From positions 23,746,001-23,810,000 of the forward strand of contig NC_043005.1 in NCBI RefSeq assembly GCF_006345805.1: a stretch of 64,000 bases of DNA. The letters run 5' to 3'. Below, piece by piece: positions 1 through 11,755 of the stretch. The notes below the pieces were generated by a model that saw only the letters and a program-made list of their open reading frames with translations, made no database searches and was not told where the DNA came from. How positions within the stretch are numbered: the stretch's first letter is position 1; every line of letters starts with the position of its first letter. The position numbers and the translations under genes were made by a program. Origin of the DNA: Octopus sinensis (taxonomy: Eukaryota).

Positions 1-276
1 TTAAAATAACTCGACTAAAAAGAAGTAAATATAGAATGCTTCCGATTTTTCGTAAATAAAATTGTTCTTTCTCAAATAATAGTTACACATGAACTTTAAA
101 ACTGTCATGTACAATTGTAAACATAGATGTCAAGGAAGTTAATCCACGGTATATCTCTTTTTATATGTTCGCCAGGAATTAAAACTTTTTATCTCCTTAC
201 TCTACGTATATAAAAAAATAAAAACGAAACAAAGATACTTCGGAAAAATATTTTTTATAGGACTTTTTCTATACTT

Positions 277-303
277 CTGACGAAGAGCTCCGCTCGAAAC
301 GTG
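277..303 (+). ncRNA. Minimal hammerhead-like motif (Penelope pLTR-type remnant, probably inactive)
   Basis: CTGACGA-A-GAGC-tcc-GCTC-GAAA-CGT-G. Stem II is 4 bp and stem III is the palindrome ACGT, but position 17 is G and stem I is only 2 bp. Confidence 0.4.
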
Positions 304-404
304 AAATCCTCTTTCTTTTCTTTACTTTCCTGAGCGTACTTATTCCACGTCCTCGCGTTGTTGTTTTTTCTTGTTTATTCTTGCTTGTTCATGTTTGGAT
401 TAAC

Positions 405-743
<339 letters not shown>

Positions 744-745
<2 letters not shown>

Positions 746-3502
746 GACTCACCTGAACAACACCCATATGGACGCAGAGGTGAAAATAAAAGATTTCACC
801 ATTGTTCGTGCGGATCGCACAGACCGAAATAAGGGAGGGACAGCCATCTTTATCCATGACTCCTTTTCACTTGATGCCAAGGACACATTTTCCAATACCT
901 ACTGTGAATCGGTATCAGTATACAACAAAGCCAAGGACATAACCATTGTTGGTCTTTACAGGCCTCCCCAGGCACCTCTAAAGTACTTTGAAGAGTGCCT
1001 TAGCAAAGTCAAGTCCTTCCTTCGGAAGTACCACTCCGGAAACATAATAGTGATGGGTGATTTTAACCTCCCTCATGTGAACTGGCCCACAAATACTCCG
1101 AAGTTGGGCAAGTGCTCTACATCAGATAGGGCAGCAGCAGAACTGCTCTTTAATCTGATGGATGAGTATTTCCTGACTCAGCTAGTGCTTGAACCAACGA
1201 GACAGAATAAAACGATCTTGGATCTGGTACTGACCAATCACTCTAGCTACGTTCACAGCATTTCAGTCGAAAAAAACTCTCCTCTCAGACCACGACATGG
1301 TACTCTGCAATCTTAATTCCCGACGTATAAAAACCAAACCAGCCAATCCCACTCCATGGCACCCATTTGACAACATAAATTTCCACAAAGCGGACTGGGG
1401 AACAATCAGAAAGGATCTGTCTTCCATCGACTGGTCTTTTACTCTCAATTCCCCTCATATTGAGACCGCGTGGCAGCACTTTGAAACCATTGTCACCGAC
1501 ACATGCTCTAAACACGCTCCCAAGAAATCTACTAACACAAACAGAAAACCGGCTCCCTAAAAAGAAAAAAACACTCATCAGGCGCATCAAAAGACTCAAC
1601 AAAAAAATCAACCAATTAAAATATTCCCACACGCAACATCCACATTCAACAACAATGAAAAGACTGGAGCTGGAAAAACTTCATCTGCAGACTAACATGA
1701 AACCTCCATTGAAAATCAAAGAGCTGTGGAGGAACAATGGGTAATCAAAAACATCAAACAGAACCCAAAAGTGTTCTATTCTTATGCAAATAAGCATAGA
1801 ACCACTGTCTCACCTATTGGGCCATTGATTGATGAAAACGGCATTCCCCAACACGATGCTAAAGAAATGGCAGAAATACTGCAGAAACAATATTGCTCTG
1901 TCTTCAGTGTTCCCACTGATATTGATGTGAGGGAAACGAACGAAGCTGACTCCCAACACAAAATCGCAGACATAACCTTCACTGCCACCGACATCGTAGC
2001 AGCAATAAATGAGGTCAAACATTACTCTGCTGTAGGCCCTGATAGATTTCCCGCCAGTCTCCTGAAGGAATGTAGATATCAACTTGCAGTCCCTCTGACC
2101 AACCTCTGGAGAAACTCGTTAGACGCAGGTTATATACCGAAAAAGTTTCTATCCCAGTCGGTCATCCCGGTTTTCAAACAGGGAAACAGATCCCTCGCAG
2201 TCAACTATCGCCCAATCTCACTCACCTCCCACATCATTAAAGTGTTGAAAGAGTGTTAAGATCAAGGATAGCTGACTTCCTGGAGACCCACAAACTCCTA
2301 AATTCAAATCAACATGGCTTTCGCTGTGGCAGGGACTGTCTAACACAGCTCTTACACCACATTGAAGATGTACTCAAAGCCTTGGGAACAGGTTCGAACT
2401 CTGACGTCATATACCTTGACTTCAGTAAAGCGTTCGACAGGGTAGACCATAACATCCTACTCTCAAAATTGGCAAATGTTGGAATCCGTGGAAAAGTTCT
2501 ACACTGGATTCAGTATTTCCTAGCGAATAGAACACAACATGTTGTAGTTGATGGAGTCCACTCAAACCCAGCAAAAGTCACCAGCGGTGTTCCCCAGGGA
2601 ACTGTTTTGGGTCCGCTACTCTTCATAATTTATGTAAACGACCTTTCCAGTGTCGTACATCACTGCAAAGTGAAAATATTCGCCGATGACACTAAGCTCC
2701 AGCAAATCGTCAATGAAGAAGCAGACCGAACTCAACTCCAGTCTGACCTATATGCTGTGAGTCAATGGGCAGACAGAAACAAAATGCAACTGAATGAGGG
2801 AAAATTTGAGCTGATGCATTTTGGAAGAAATTCCTCACTAAAACAACCATACTCTCTTCCTTCAGGGGAACCGCTCACAGCCTCTAACAATATCAGAGAC
2901 CTGGGTGTAATTGTTGATGACGATCTCAGTTGGAGTGCACACATCAACAAGAAGGTCGATACAGCTCGTAGGATGAGTTCCTGGATCTTAAGAACTTTCC
3001 GGTCCAGAGAACAAGGTGTCATCATACCACTTTTTTCATCCTTTGTACGGCCACACCTTGAATACTGCTGCCCACTGTGGTCTCCTCACACAAGACAAAA
3101 CATCTCCAGAATTGAGTCACCCCGAGGGCTCTCACTAAACAAATTGAAGGCATGGCTGCTCTCGACTATTGGGATCGCCTTAAAGCCTTGAAACTTTACT
3201 CCCTCCAGCGTCGCCGTGAGCGGTACATCATTTGTACGATGTGGAAAATATACCGCCAACTTTGCCCAAACGACCTAAACATTAGCTTCAAGGTTCATCC
3301 GAGACTTGGACCACGGGCTATACGTCCCCTGCCAAATTCAAGATCACAACACACATGTACACTGCAACATAATTTTTTTCCTCAACAGGCCCTGCCCTAT
3401 TTAACATTGTCCCGAGGGAGATCAAAGAGGAAAAGGATCCCATCAACTTCAAACAGAGTCTGGATAGATTCCTTCAAAGAATACCAGACAAGCCACCCAT
3501 AA
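744..3502 (+). pseudogene. Frameshifted LINE ORF2 (endonuclease-reverse transcriptase)
   Basis: Consecutive ORF-track pieces 744-1316, 1297-1560, 1460-1744, 1726-2259, 2253-3191 and 3152-3502 form one ORF2 broken by frameshifts. Confidence 0.88.
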
Positions 3503-3694
3503 TTGGATACAACTCACCCAACAAGAACTCACTTCTTGAACAAAACTGGATACAACTCACCCAACAAGAACTCACTACTTGAACAAAACTTGACTTAAAC
3601 AGGATTCGAATAATCCTATCAGGTGGTGCTATTAAGTTAGACATGGCCTGGACCAATCTCTGGTCGAAACATATCTAAGTTTTATCTAAGTTTT
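744..3694 (+). mobile_element. 5'-truncated CR1/L2-group LINE (APE endonuclease + RT)
   Basis: APE motifs GLYRPP, MGDFNLP and LDLVLTN. RT motifs NYRPISLTS, QHGFR, YLDFSKAFDRV, SGVPQGTVLGPLLF and FADDTKL. The 3' end has a GACCA/TGGTC stem-loop and a (TATCTAAGTTT)2 tail. Confidence 0.9.
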
Positions 3695-3767
3695 ATATGT
3701 ATATATATATATATATGTGTATTTATATATATATGTATATACATATATGTGTATATATATATATACA

Positions 3768-3802
<35 letters not shown>

Positions 3803-3811
<9 letters not shown>

Positions 3812-4235
3812 AATAAGAAAATGGAGAGGATATAAAATCGACAAAACCATACGAATCGATTTTAAATATCTCCATTTTCTTATTTGCCTTATAAATCCTG
3901 GGTAAATTTCCAGTTTACCCCCGACTTACTCAGTATTCAAATGCAATATTGCCATGCAACAGCAAGCAATTGGTTAAAAATACGTAGGCACACATCCAGT
4001 AGTATATTGGATATTTAGTATCCCTTAGGTGGTTTCTTAACCCCTAACTCATACAGACATACACCCCCCCACATATATATATATGTCTGTATGAGTTAGA
4101 GGTTAAGAAACCACCTAAGGGATACTGGATGTGTGCCTACGTATTTTTAACCAAGTGCTTGCTGTTGAATGGCAATATTGCATTTTTATGGTTTTGTCGA
4201 TTTTATATCCTCTCCATTTTCTTAGTTACCTTATA
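3803..4235. repeat. Nested fold-back (inverted repeat) next to (TA)n
   Basis: Arm pairs ~3805-3851/~4185-4233, ~3939-4000/~4123-4186 and ~4017-4060/~4081-4124. Confidence 0.85.
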
Positions 4236-4694
4236 GATTCATATAATCTTTACTTTGTAAATTATTAGATTTTATCATTTGTGAATTTTTTTCTCCGTTG
4301 ATTTCGTTTATATATCTTTTTGCATTTTGTCATTCATTCGCATTTGTTTACGTCCACTTTTAACTATAGTTTTTTATTCGAATATATTTATTTGTCATTC
4401 TTTTCATTATTATATCATCACTAGTAAATATTTTAATTTTCATTCCTACATATTATTAATTTATATGAAGGTTTATAGGCTAAGTCACGTTTGAATTTAG
4501 TTTTGTAAATTTTTTATTTTTTATTTTTAGTCAATGAATTTTTTAATTTTTAATCAATTAAATTATGGCTTGCACAGCAAGGTTCGGCGAATTTATTTGC
4601 ACATACGCATACTTGTCTGTTAATTATTATCGTAACTGTTAAAATATTAAAATATAGAAATTGGTATTGAATTATAATAAAGTTATTTAGAGAC

Positions 4695-4781
4695 CTGATG
4701 ATTGGGCTTACATTTAAGAAATGTTCCTGTAAAAGACTGCGTGTTTAAGGAACGGTAAAAGAACCTCAAGAAACACGTGTA
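4695..4781 (+). ncRNA. Hammerhead-like motif with long stem II
   Basis: CTGATGA, stem II base TTGGG/CTCAA, GAAA, palindromic ACACGTGT, GTA triplet. Stem I is essentially lost. Confidence 0.4.
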
Positions 4782-5263
4782 GCAGAGAAATTTAGAAATG
4801 ATTAGTAAGTACTAAAATAAAATTCTTTCATGTGGTGTGATGTATATTAGGATTTGATGTTTTGCATGAGGACTTCTATCTCTAAATAACAAATATTTCC
4901 TTAATGAGAATAATTCATTTTATTTGAATCCCTGTGATGCCGGAATTTTTATTCCCTGATAAATAAAATAATCTATATATATATATATAAAAATTATAAT
5001 TTAGGGTATCTAAGAGATACCTCCACGCTGGAAATAGCAGCCAAAACTTGACTCTAAAACCACATTAAATGTTCATACAGCACTAGAAGAGAAGACAAAA
5101 GGACAAGATGAACTAGCAAAAAATTACTGGATAATTCCAGATCCTGGATTTCTGACTTTGCATAAGAAATACTTTGCTTCATCAGTGGTATATACACAGA
5201 TAGTTACATAAATACACACATATATATACATATAACATACGAATACTTACATATATTACGAAA

Positions 5264-5307
<44 letters not shown>

Positions 5308-5338
5308 ATTATTATTATATTATATTATTATATTATTA

Positions 5339-5372
<34 letters not shown>

Positions 5373-5617
5373 TGAGGGAATAAAATCCAAACTTACAAGG
5401 AAAAAATTCAATTTAGAAATACTAAATCAAATTTCACATAATATATAAAAAATTAGAAAAAAACCTACCTTTTATCAATTCAAAATGAACAATTAAATTA
5501 CACCATCTAGAAAATTACATATAATAGAAAAATTAAAATTAAAATAACAATAAAATGTCAAAGATTAAGTAAATTGAAAAAAATAATAATAAAAACGTGT
5601 ATAATAGGTAGAAAAGC

Positions 5618-5698
5618 GACACGTGTTTCGTGGCTATATTTAAGAAATGATTATAGTAGTAGAGAAATCACTTGCATATAAATATAGTCCCTCATCAG
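5618..5698 (-). ncRNA. Hammerhead-like motif with long stem II
   Basis: On the minus strand: CTGATGA-G..CTATATTTA..TAAATATAG..C-GAAA-CACGTG-TC. Stem III is palindromic with a GTC triplet; stem I is mismatched. Confidence 0.45.
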
Positions 5699-6581
5699 TT
5701 TAACAATAAACTATAACAATAAAATAATTAATTAATAAATATATTTTAATATATATATATATAAAAGATTTGTTTTATTTATATTCCTGAGCGCCATACT
5801 AATACAATTGTTTGTTTGTACTCCACCTGCCTTCGTCTTTTGTTTATTTTCATAAAGCTTCCCGTTATATATATATATATGAAAATACTAAATATACATA
5901 AGTGAAAAATAAAATAATACTTAAATAATTAAATACTTTAAAATTAAATAAAATACACAAAACTACTACAAGTCATTAAATTGTAATCAAAATAAGAAAT
6001 GGTTCAAATATAGACAAACTCCTTAAATAAGCTAACCATATAATAAATATACATGCTTAGTATCTATAGATTTAATATAACAATCTATAACAAAGTTGAC
6101 TGAATAGCAAATAATACCTAATTAACTTAAAATTTAATATTACAAATACATAAGCCACCTAATAATAAAATAATATATTGTCTGCCGAAATTAAATTAAA
6201 TGTAATGCGTTCCTAAACACCAAGTTTTGAAGTGATTCTTTCTCACGACAGTAGACTCACCATGGCAAGCATTCAAAACATCTTCATCATGGACGGCAAC
6301 ACATTGAAGTTTTAAAGGCTGACGCAAATTTTTTAGCTTGATGTAACAGAGAATTCCTAAACACCCGCTCCTGTAAATTTTAATCCCCTTCTAGCCCCAT
6401 TTAGACCCCTTTTCACATTTTGGTTAATATAACCCGATTTCATTCGGGTCTATTCGGGCCACATTTTATAAGATGAGGAATCACGCCTTTCATTTGAGGA
6501 AAAAAATAGTTGCCATGCAAACTCGCCAGCACTTTTAACATAGGTGTGCATATTTTCAGCTAAGCCGACCACAAAATGCAT

Positions 6582-6617
<36 letters not shown>

Positions 6618-6865
6618 GTGTGTGTGTGTGTGTGTGTACGCATTATATATACAATGTATACAAATTATATATTTATATATACATATATATATAAATACAG
6701 ATATATACACTTTGTATATATACATTATATATACATATTTATATATAGAACACACACACATATATAAATTAACCCAATAAATATCTGATTCATAATATTT
6801 GTTCTCATGATTGTGTGGTGGTTGTGGAGATAATAATTCTCTCTATGAATGCAGACAGACGTGGA

Positions 6866-7070
6866 GAGAGAGAGAGAGAGAGAGAGAAAGGATGTAGGAG
6901 AAAGAGTGAATGCGGTGGGGGAAAGATAGTAGACGCTGCCAAACGACGTTATAGAGAGAAAGTGAAAGGAAGGTAGAAAGAGAGAAGAGAGAGAGAGAGA
7001 GAGGAGAGAGAGGAGACGAGAGAGAGAGAGAGAGACGGAGGAAGGCAGGCAGATAAGAGAATGAGAGAAG
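6866..7070. repeat. (GA)n purine-rich low-complexity tract
   Basis: Direct reading. Confidence 0.9.
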
Positions 7071-7626
7071 ACTTGTCAAAGTGTGCGTTTTTTGCCCTAG
7101 TAACCACACCTTTTAAGATAGGGATTTCTAACGTAGCCCACTCACATCCTCACCTCATTTTACATGTCCCTGTAAATTGCGGAGTCATTCCGACGGGATC
7201 TAGTAGCCTTTAACCCGTTCCAATGCCAAAACCAGACTAAATTTCAATTACACGATTCGGTTCACTTAAAGACAGTGTAAAATACCCTTGATCAAAAGAG
7301 GTACCTGGCAGTATCGAACCCGAAATCACGAAGTGGCAGAACAAACTTTTCAACTACAAAGTCACTGAAAGAGAAACGCTATGTGTGTAAAAGAAACACA
7401 ATTGCTTTTGGTTAGGTTTATGTCAAGATAGGAAGGAGACACAGCACAAAAGAAATGACAAGCTTTCAATAGAGGTTTACAACGGTTAAGACTTTAAGGC
7501 AGTATTTGGCTATCACAACAAATTTATAAAGATTCCTCACGACCAATACCAACAACGAATTAATTATTTTCAATTTACAATAGCCGATTTAGAACGACCC
7601 TGCCATTTTGGGCAGCGCGATATGCA

Positions 7627-7696
<70 letters not shown>
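7627..7696. repeat. (TATC)n microsatellite with no LINE inserted
   Basis: Direct reading; the flanks lack Tx1-like ends. Confidence 0.95.
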
Positions 7697-7697
<1 letters not shown>

Positions 7698-7970
7698 AAT
7701 ATATGTGTGTATATATAATATCATATATTCATATAATATATATAACATTTATGTACACACATAATATTGAATAAATATTTGTGCGTGTGTAAGGTATATA
7801 CATACACACATGTATACTATCATGCATTACATTATATCAATATTACATAGGATTTGTCAGTGTACCGTGAGAAAGGGAATCTGGCGTTTTTGTGAAGACT
7901 ATTTCATATTTATTGTCTTGAATAACACCAGTTCACGATGAAAAGACTGTCAACAATGGGCGACACACCT

Positions 7971-8097
7971 GCCGCTGCTGCCGCTGCTGCCGCTGCTGCC
8001 GCTGCTGCCGCTGCTGCCGCTGCTGCCGCTGCTGCCGCTGCTGCCGCTGCTGCCGCTGCTGCCGCTGCTGCCGCTGCTGCCGCTGCTGCTACTACTG

Positions 8098-8142
<45 letters not shown>
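7971..8142. repeat. (GCCGCTGCT)13 minisatellite followed by (ACT)n
   Basis: Direct reading of the 9-bp units 7971-8087 and the ACT run to 8142. Confidence 0.95.
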
Positions 8143-8164
8143 GTGAATATTATTTTCATTTCTA

Positions 8165-8385
8165 AAGGCAGCAAGTTAGCTGAATTATGATCACGTCGGA
8201 CGAAATGCATAGCAGTATTTCGTTCGTCTCTACGTTCTGTGTTCAAATCCCTCCGTGGTCGACTTTGCCTTTCATCCTTCGGAGGTCGATAAAATAAGTA
8301 CCTGCAGAGCACTGGGGTTGATTCAATTGACTTAGCTCCTTCTGCCCTTTTCCAAGTTTTGCTCTCAAATTCTTCGTCGCAGTTT
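8165..8385 (+). mobile_element. tRNA-derived SINE (family X, tail type B, diverged)
   Basis: B-box-like GTTCAAATCC and the core ACTTTGCCTTTCATCC..GGTCGATAAAATAAGTACC..CACTGGGG, shared with other copies in the window. Confidence 0.8.
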
Positions 8386-8399
8386 TCAAGGTTCAAATA

Positions 8400-11230
8400 A
8401 CTACTTGGCAGAGTTTTGATCTTGTTAATTTCTTTGTTTCATCATTTGAGGATTTCATATATTGATTCGGTATAACACTACGTTTTCTTTTTCCTTTTCG
8501 TGTTGACTCTGGTGTCGAATGGGTTTGTCACATCGATTACAATATGTTCTTATTAGCAACAGTTACAATATCTATTCTTTTTTCGGTTTAAGAGAATGCC
8601 ATAACAACCTAACTTCATTTTCGGAGTCCCTCACCTCCATTTGTAAGACATGATCTGGCAAAATTTCTTGTCAATTATTGTATCAAGCTCATGATGTCTA
8701 CGTTTTGTATTCATTCTGTGCTAACTGTGGATATTCCGTACGATGAGAGCTATAGTCTCACCAAAAGCATCATATATTTTATATCTTGGGGATAAGTCCG
8801 ACCGATTTATCATTCTTTTGGTCCAGTTTACCTTTAAAATCTCTTCGTGTGCTGTTATAATCACTTCTTTAGTCTCTTTCTCCAACACACCTTTTTTTTT
8901 GTAGCCATAGATAACTTTGTCATTTCTTATAGATTTAGTCTTTTTCCAAAAACGTCGAATGAAGATTCTTTTCTTCAAAATTTGCTTTTCTCTTTTCCAC
9001 ATTCCCCCGTTTCGTCTTTTTGGATTTCTGTATTCTGTAAATAGACCTTCACTTACTTGCTTAAAGAGTATTTTTCTTTTTCTTCTAGATAAGAACCTAG
9101 AATTATGTTCTCTAGTTCCTCTACTTCTTTAACACTCAGTAACCCTCTTCCTCCTGTTCTTTTTCATAATAACCGGTCCACATCCGATTGGGGACTCATG
9201 CTACTGTGCACCGTGAGCCCCCTCTTCATTTTCTTGTTGATATCCTTCTGCTAATTCTTCCTACATTCAATACTTCCTACTCTATATCTTATAAGTCATA
9301 CTGATTTCAAGTTCATTGCTTGCATGATGTTTCCTGCATTAAGTTTCGTTTTTAAAATCTTTATTCCACAAAAATATCTTTTGCTGACGGTTTTCTTCAT
9401 TTCTATACTTTTGTTAATATCACTTTTTAGTATTTATTGCCACATTCTTATATGTTTCTTCTGTGTTTATTGATTTTATATGCTCATCATTGGGGAGATC
9501 TATTCCTGTACTTTCTATGGATGTTACCCACTTGATACCTGCTATGTCATATTTCGCGATTACAAATGCCATGCCAGTGTCATTTTACACTTTGCTCTAA
9601 AACATTCCTTTGCCAAAAAGCTTTAAATCATTCATAAATAGATGATTTCTTTCCCAATGAATACCTCCCCTTAACTTTGTTCAGTAGCATCGACAAAAGG
9701 ATCAGTGCCTTTATAAACAATATAAGAGAGAATCTGTATTCTTGAATCCTCTTTTTATCAGTATATTTGATACTCTTTTCCCTCCAGATGTTAACGCTGT
9801 TCTTCAATTCAGCATTGCATTTTCTAACAGGCATCTTTTTGAAATCTTGGGACCGCTCGATCCCAGAGTGTGGAACTAGGTATGACACTTTTCTATAATC
9901 GATCTACGCGATGCATAATTGTGTGACTCTCCTTAAGACTATCTTGTCAAATATTAATTAGTCTTTCCTTCCTTCGTTCTTCATTTTGACAGCCTTGCTG
10001 CTCATTAGACATCAAGTGTTTCTCATAAAGGTGTTGGTATACTTCCTCTGCAATTATCACTCAGGAAGTTTCACATGAATTGTAGACATGTAATGGTTGG
10101 TAATTAGAACTAGCGTTTCCTTTCAATTTATCTTTCGTTATGAAGTAGGTTCTTTCTTTCTCCGTTTGCCACAGTAGTACATAACTCTTTGACATGCATT
10201 CATTTATTTACATTTCTATGGTTTCATGGAAAATTGTAAAAACTTTCAGCCAGTAACCATGAAGATCTGATCCAGCAGCTTTCAGCTTGCCTACATTTTC
10301 TTTATTTACTTTCGAATATATGCCTTTGCGCTTCAACATTTGCAACTTGCTGTATGCACTGTGTTTTGTTATCGGGTTCGACAGTTCTCCACACTCAGTC
10401 ATAACTTACTTTTTCCACTATTCGGTCTTATGTTATAATTTGCCTCACTTTCTTGAAGAATATCAAAACGAAGTTTCTACTTCGATTAAAAAAGTCGATT
10501 TTCCTTGTATTTGTTGTCACTCTCTTCGCACCTTCTTGTTTTGGCTGCTTTCGTCTTTACTCTTTGCTTAGTTCTTCGACCATTATCCCCTTTACATGAT
10601 GCATTCCCTGTAATCTACTTTCCACCTCCTCTTCCTTTAATTTACTCTACTTCTATTGGTCCAGCTCACGTATATATTTCTTTCTTTCCTTTTCCCCAAA
10701 CACTTTTGAAACTACATAAACATTTACTTATAAAAATTTTGTTTTATCCTCACTTTCGATGTTCTGCTTTAATCTCAGTTCAACTCATTGTCTTCAAATC
10801 TGGAAAAATAACAAGTACAGGAATGCCTCCAGTTCTTTTAGTTTCTGCCTCAATTTTCAAGGATTTCTTAAAGACTGTCCGTACCAAAATCCCTTCCCTC
10901 TTGTAAGCACCTTCATGTCCTTGTTTCAAATGCGAGCGTTGGTTCTTCTAGTCAGCAACCATGACGCATCACTCTGCTTCTCTGAAGAGTTATTGTCATC
11001 CACCTGGCTTTGGTTAGTTCTTGTAATTCTTGGTGAATGTCTCTCTGTATTTCTCCAATTCTAAATCAGAGTCATAGTATTTTTTCTTGCTAGCTGTTGT
11101 TCTCTGTATTTAAAGATTCCCACATCATTTTCAAATGCTTAGCATAGTTTTCCTGCATCTTCTCTTCCTTGGTTCTCTCTTCGCAATTAACATCCACTTG
11201 CTATCCTGCTGTGGATATGGTAGTGGACTG
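8400..11230 (-). mobile_element. Degraded R4/Dong-like (REL endonuclease) LINE remnant
   Basis: Minus-strand peptide fragments HIVIDVTNPFDTRV and NRSDL (REL-like), and GMAFVIAKYDIAGI..STGIDLPNDEHIK (post-RT). Many stops; boundaries are approximate. Confidence 0.6.
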
Positions 11231-11574
11231 CCATATACATTATAACGTACAAGCAACTATAGAATCAGCTTGAATGGCCATTGACTATTTTGAATGTGTT
11301 CGTCCTTTACTAGATTTTGTTTTCCGTTCTGAATGTTGTCCAGATATAGAACCCTGCGCTCTGAGCAGGCTCTGTGCAGTTGCCGAATTTGCTCGGTCAT
11401 TTTTTTCCCTCCTTCGTGTTCATCCATTCTTTTCGTTTCGTATGGAGTGGCGCCAAGAAGGAGCGTCTTGTGCAGGATTGTAGTGTTCTACATTTTGAGC
11501 TTACAAGATGAGTTATGAAGAAATTGAAAGGAGAGAATTAAATAAAGGAACTGAAATAGTTAACATAATTCACT

Positions 11575-11755
11575 CCTCCTCCTCCTCCTTCCCTCCTTCC
11601 TTCCCTCCCTCCCCTCTCCTTCCCTCCCTCCCTCCCTCCCCCACAACATCCTCCACCTTCCTCCCTCCTGCCCCCTCCCCCTCCTGCCCTCCTCCTCCTC
11701 CTCTTCCTCCTCTTCCCCTTCTTCTTCTTCTTCTTCTTCTTCTTCTTCTTCTGTT
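11575..11755. repeat. (CCT)n/(CTT)n polypyrimidine tract
   Basis: Direct reading. Confidence 0.92.

Noticed and set aside
3646-3680. GACCA-loop-TGGTC-GAAAC resembling half a hammerhead
   Set aside because: There is no CTGANGA core; it is better explained as the LINE 3' recognition stem-loop.
5150-5185. Minus-strand CTGATGAAGC..TGC hammerhead-like start
   Set aside because: The GAAA and stem III side are missing.
7938-8165. Poly-Ala/poly-Thr ORF
   Set aside because: It is simply the 9-bp minisatellite plus (ACT)n.
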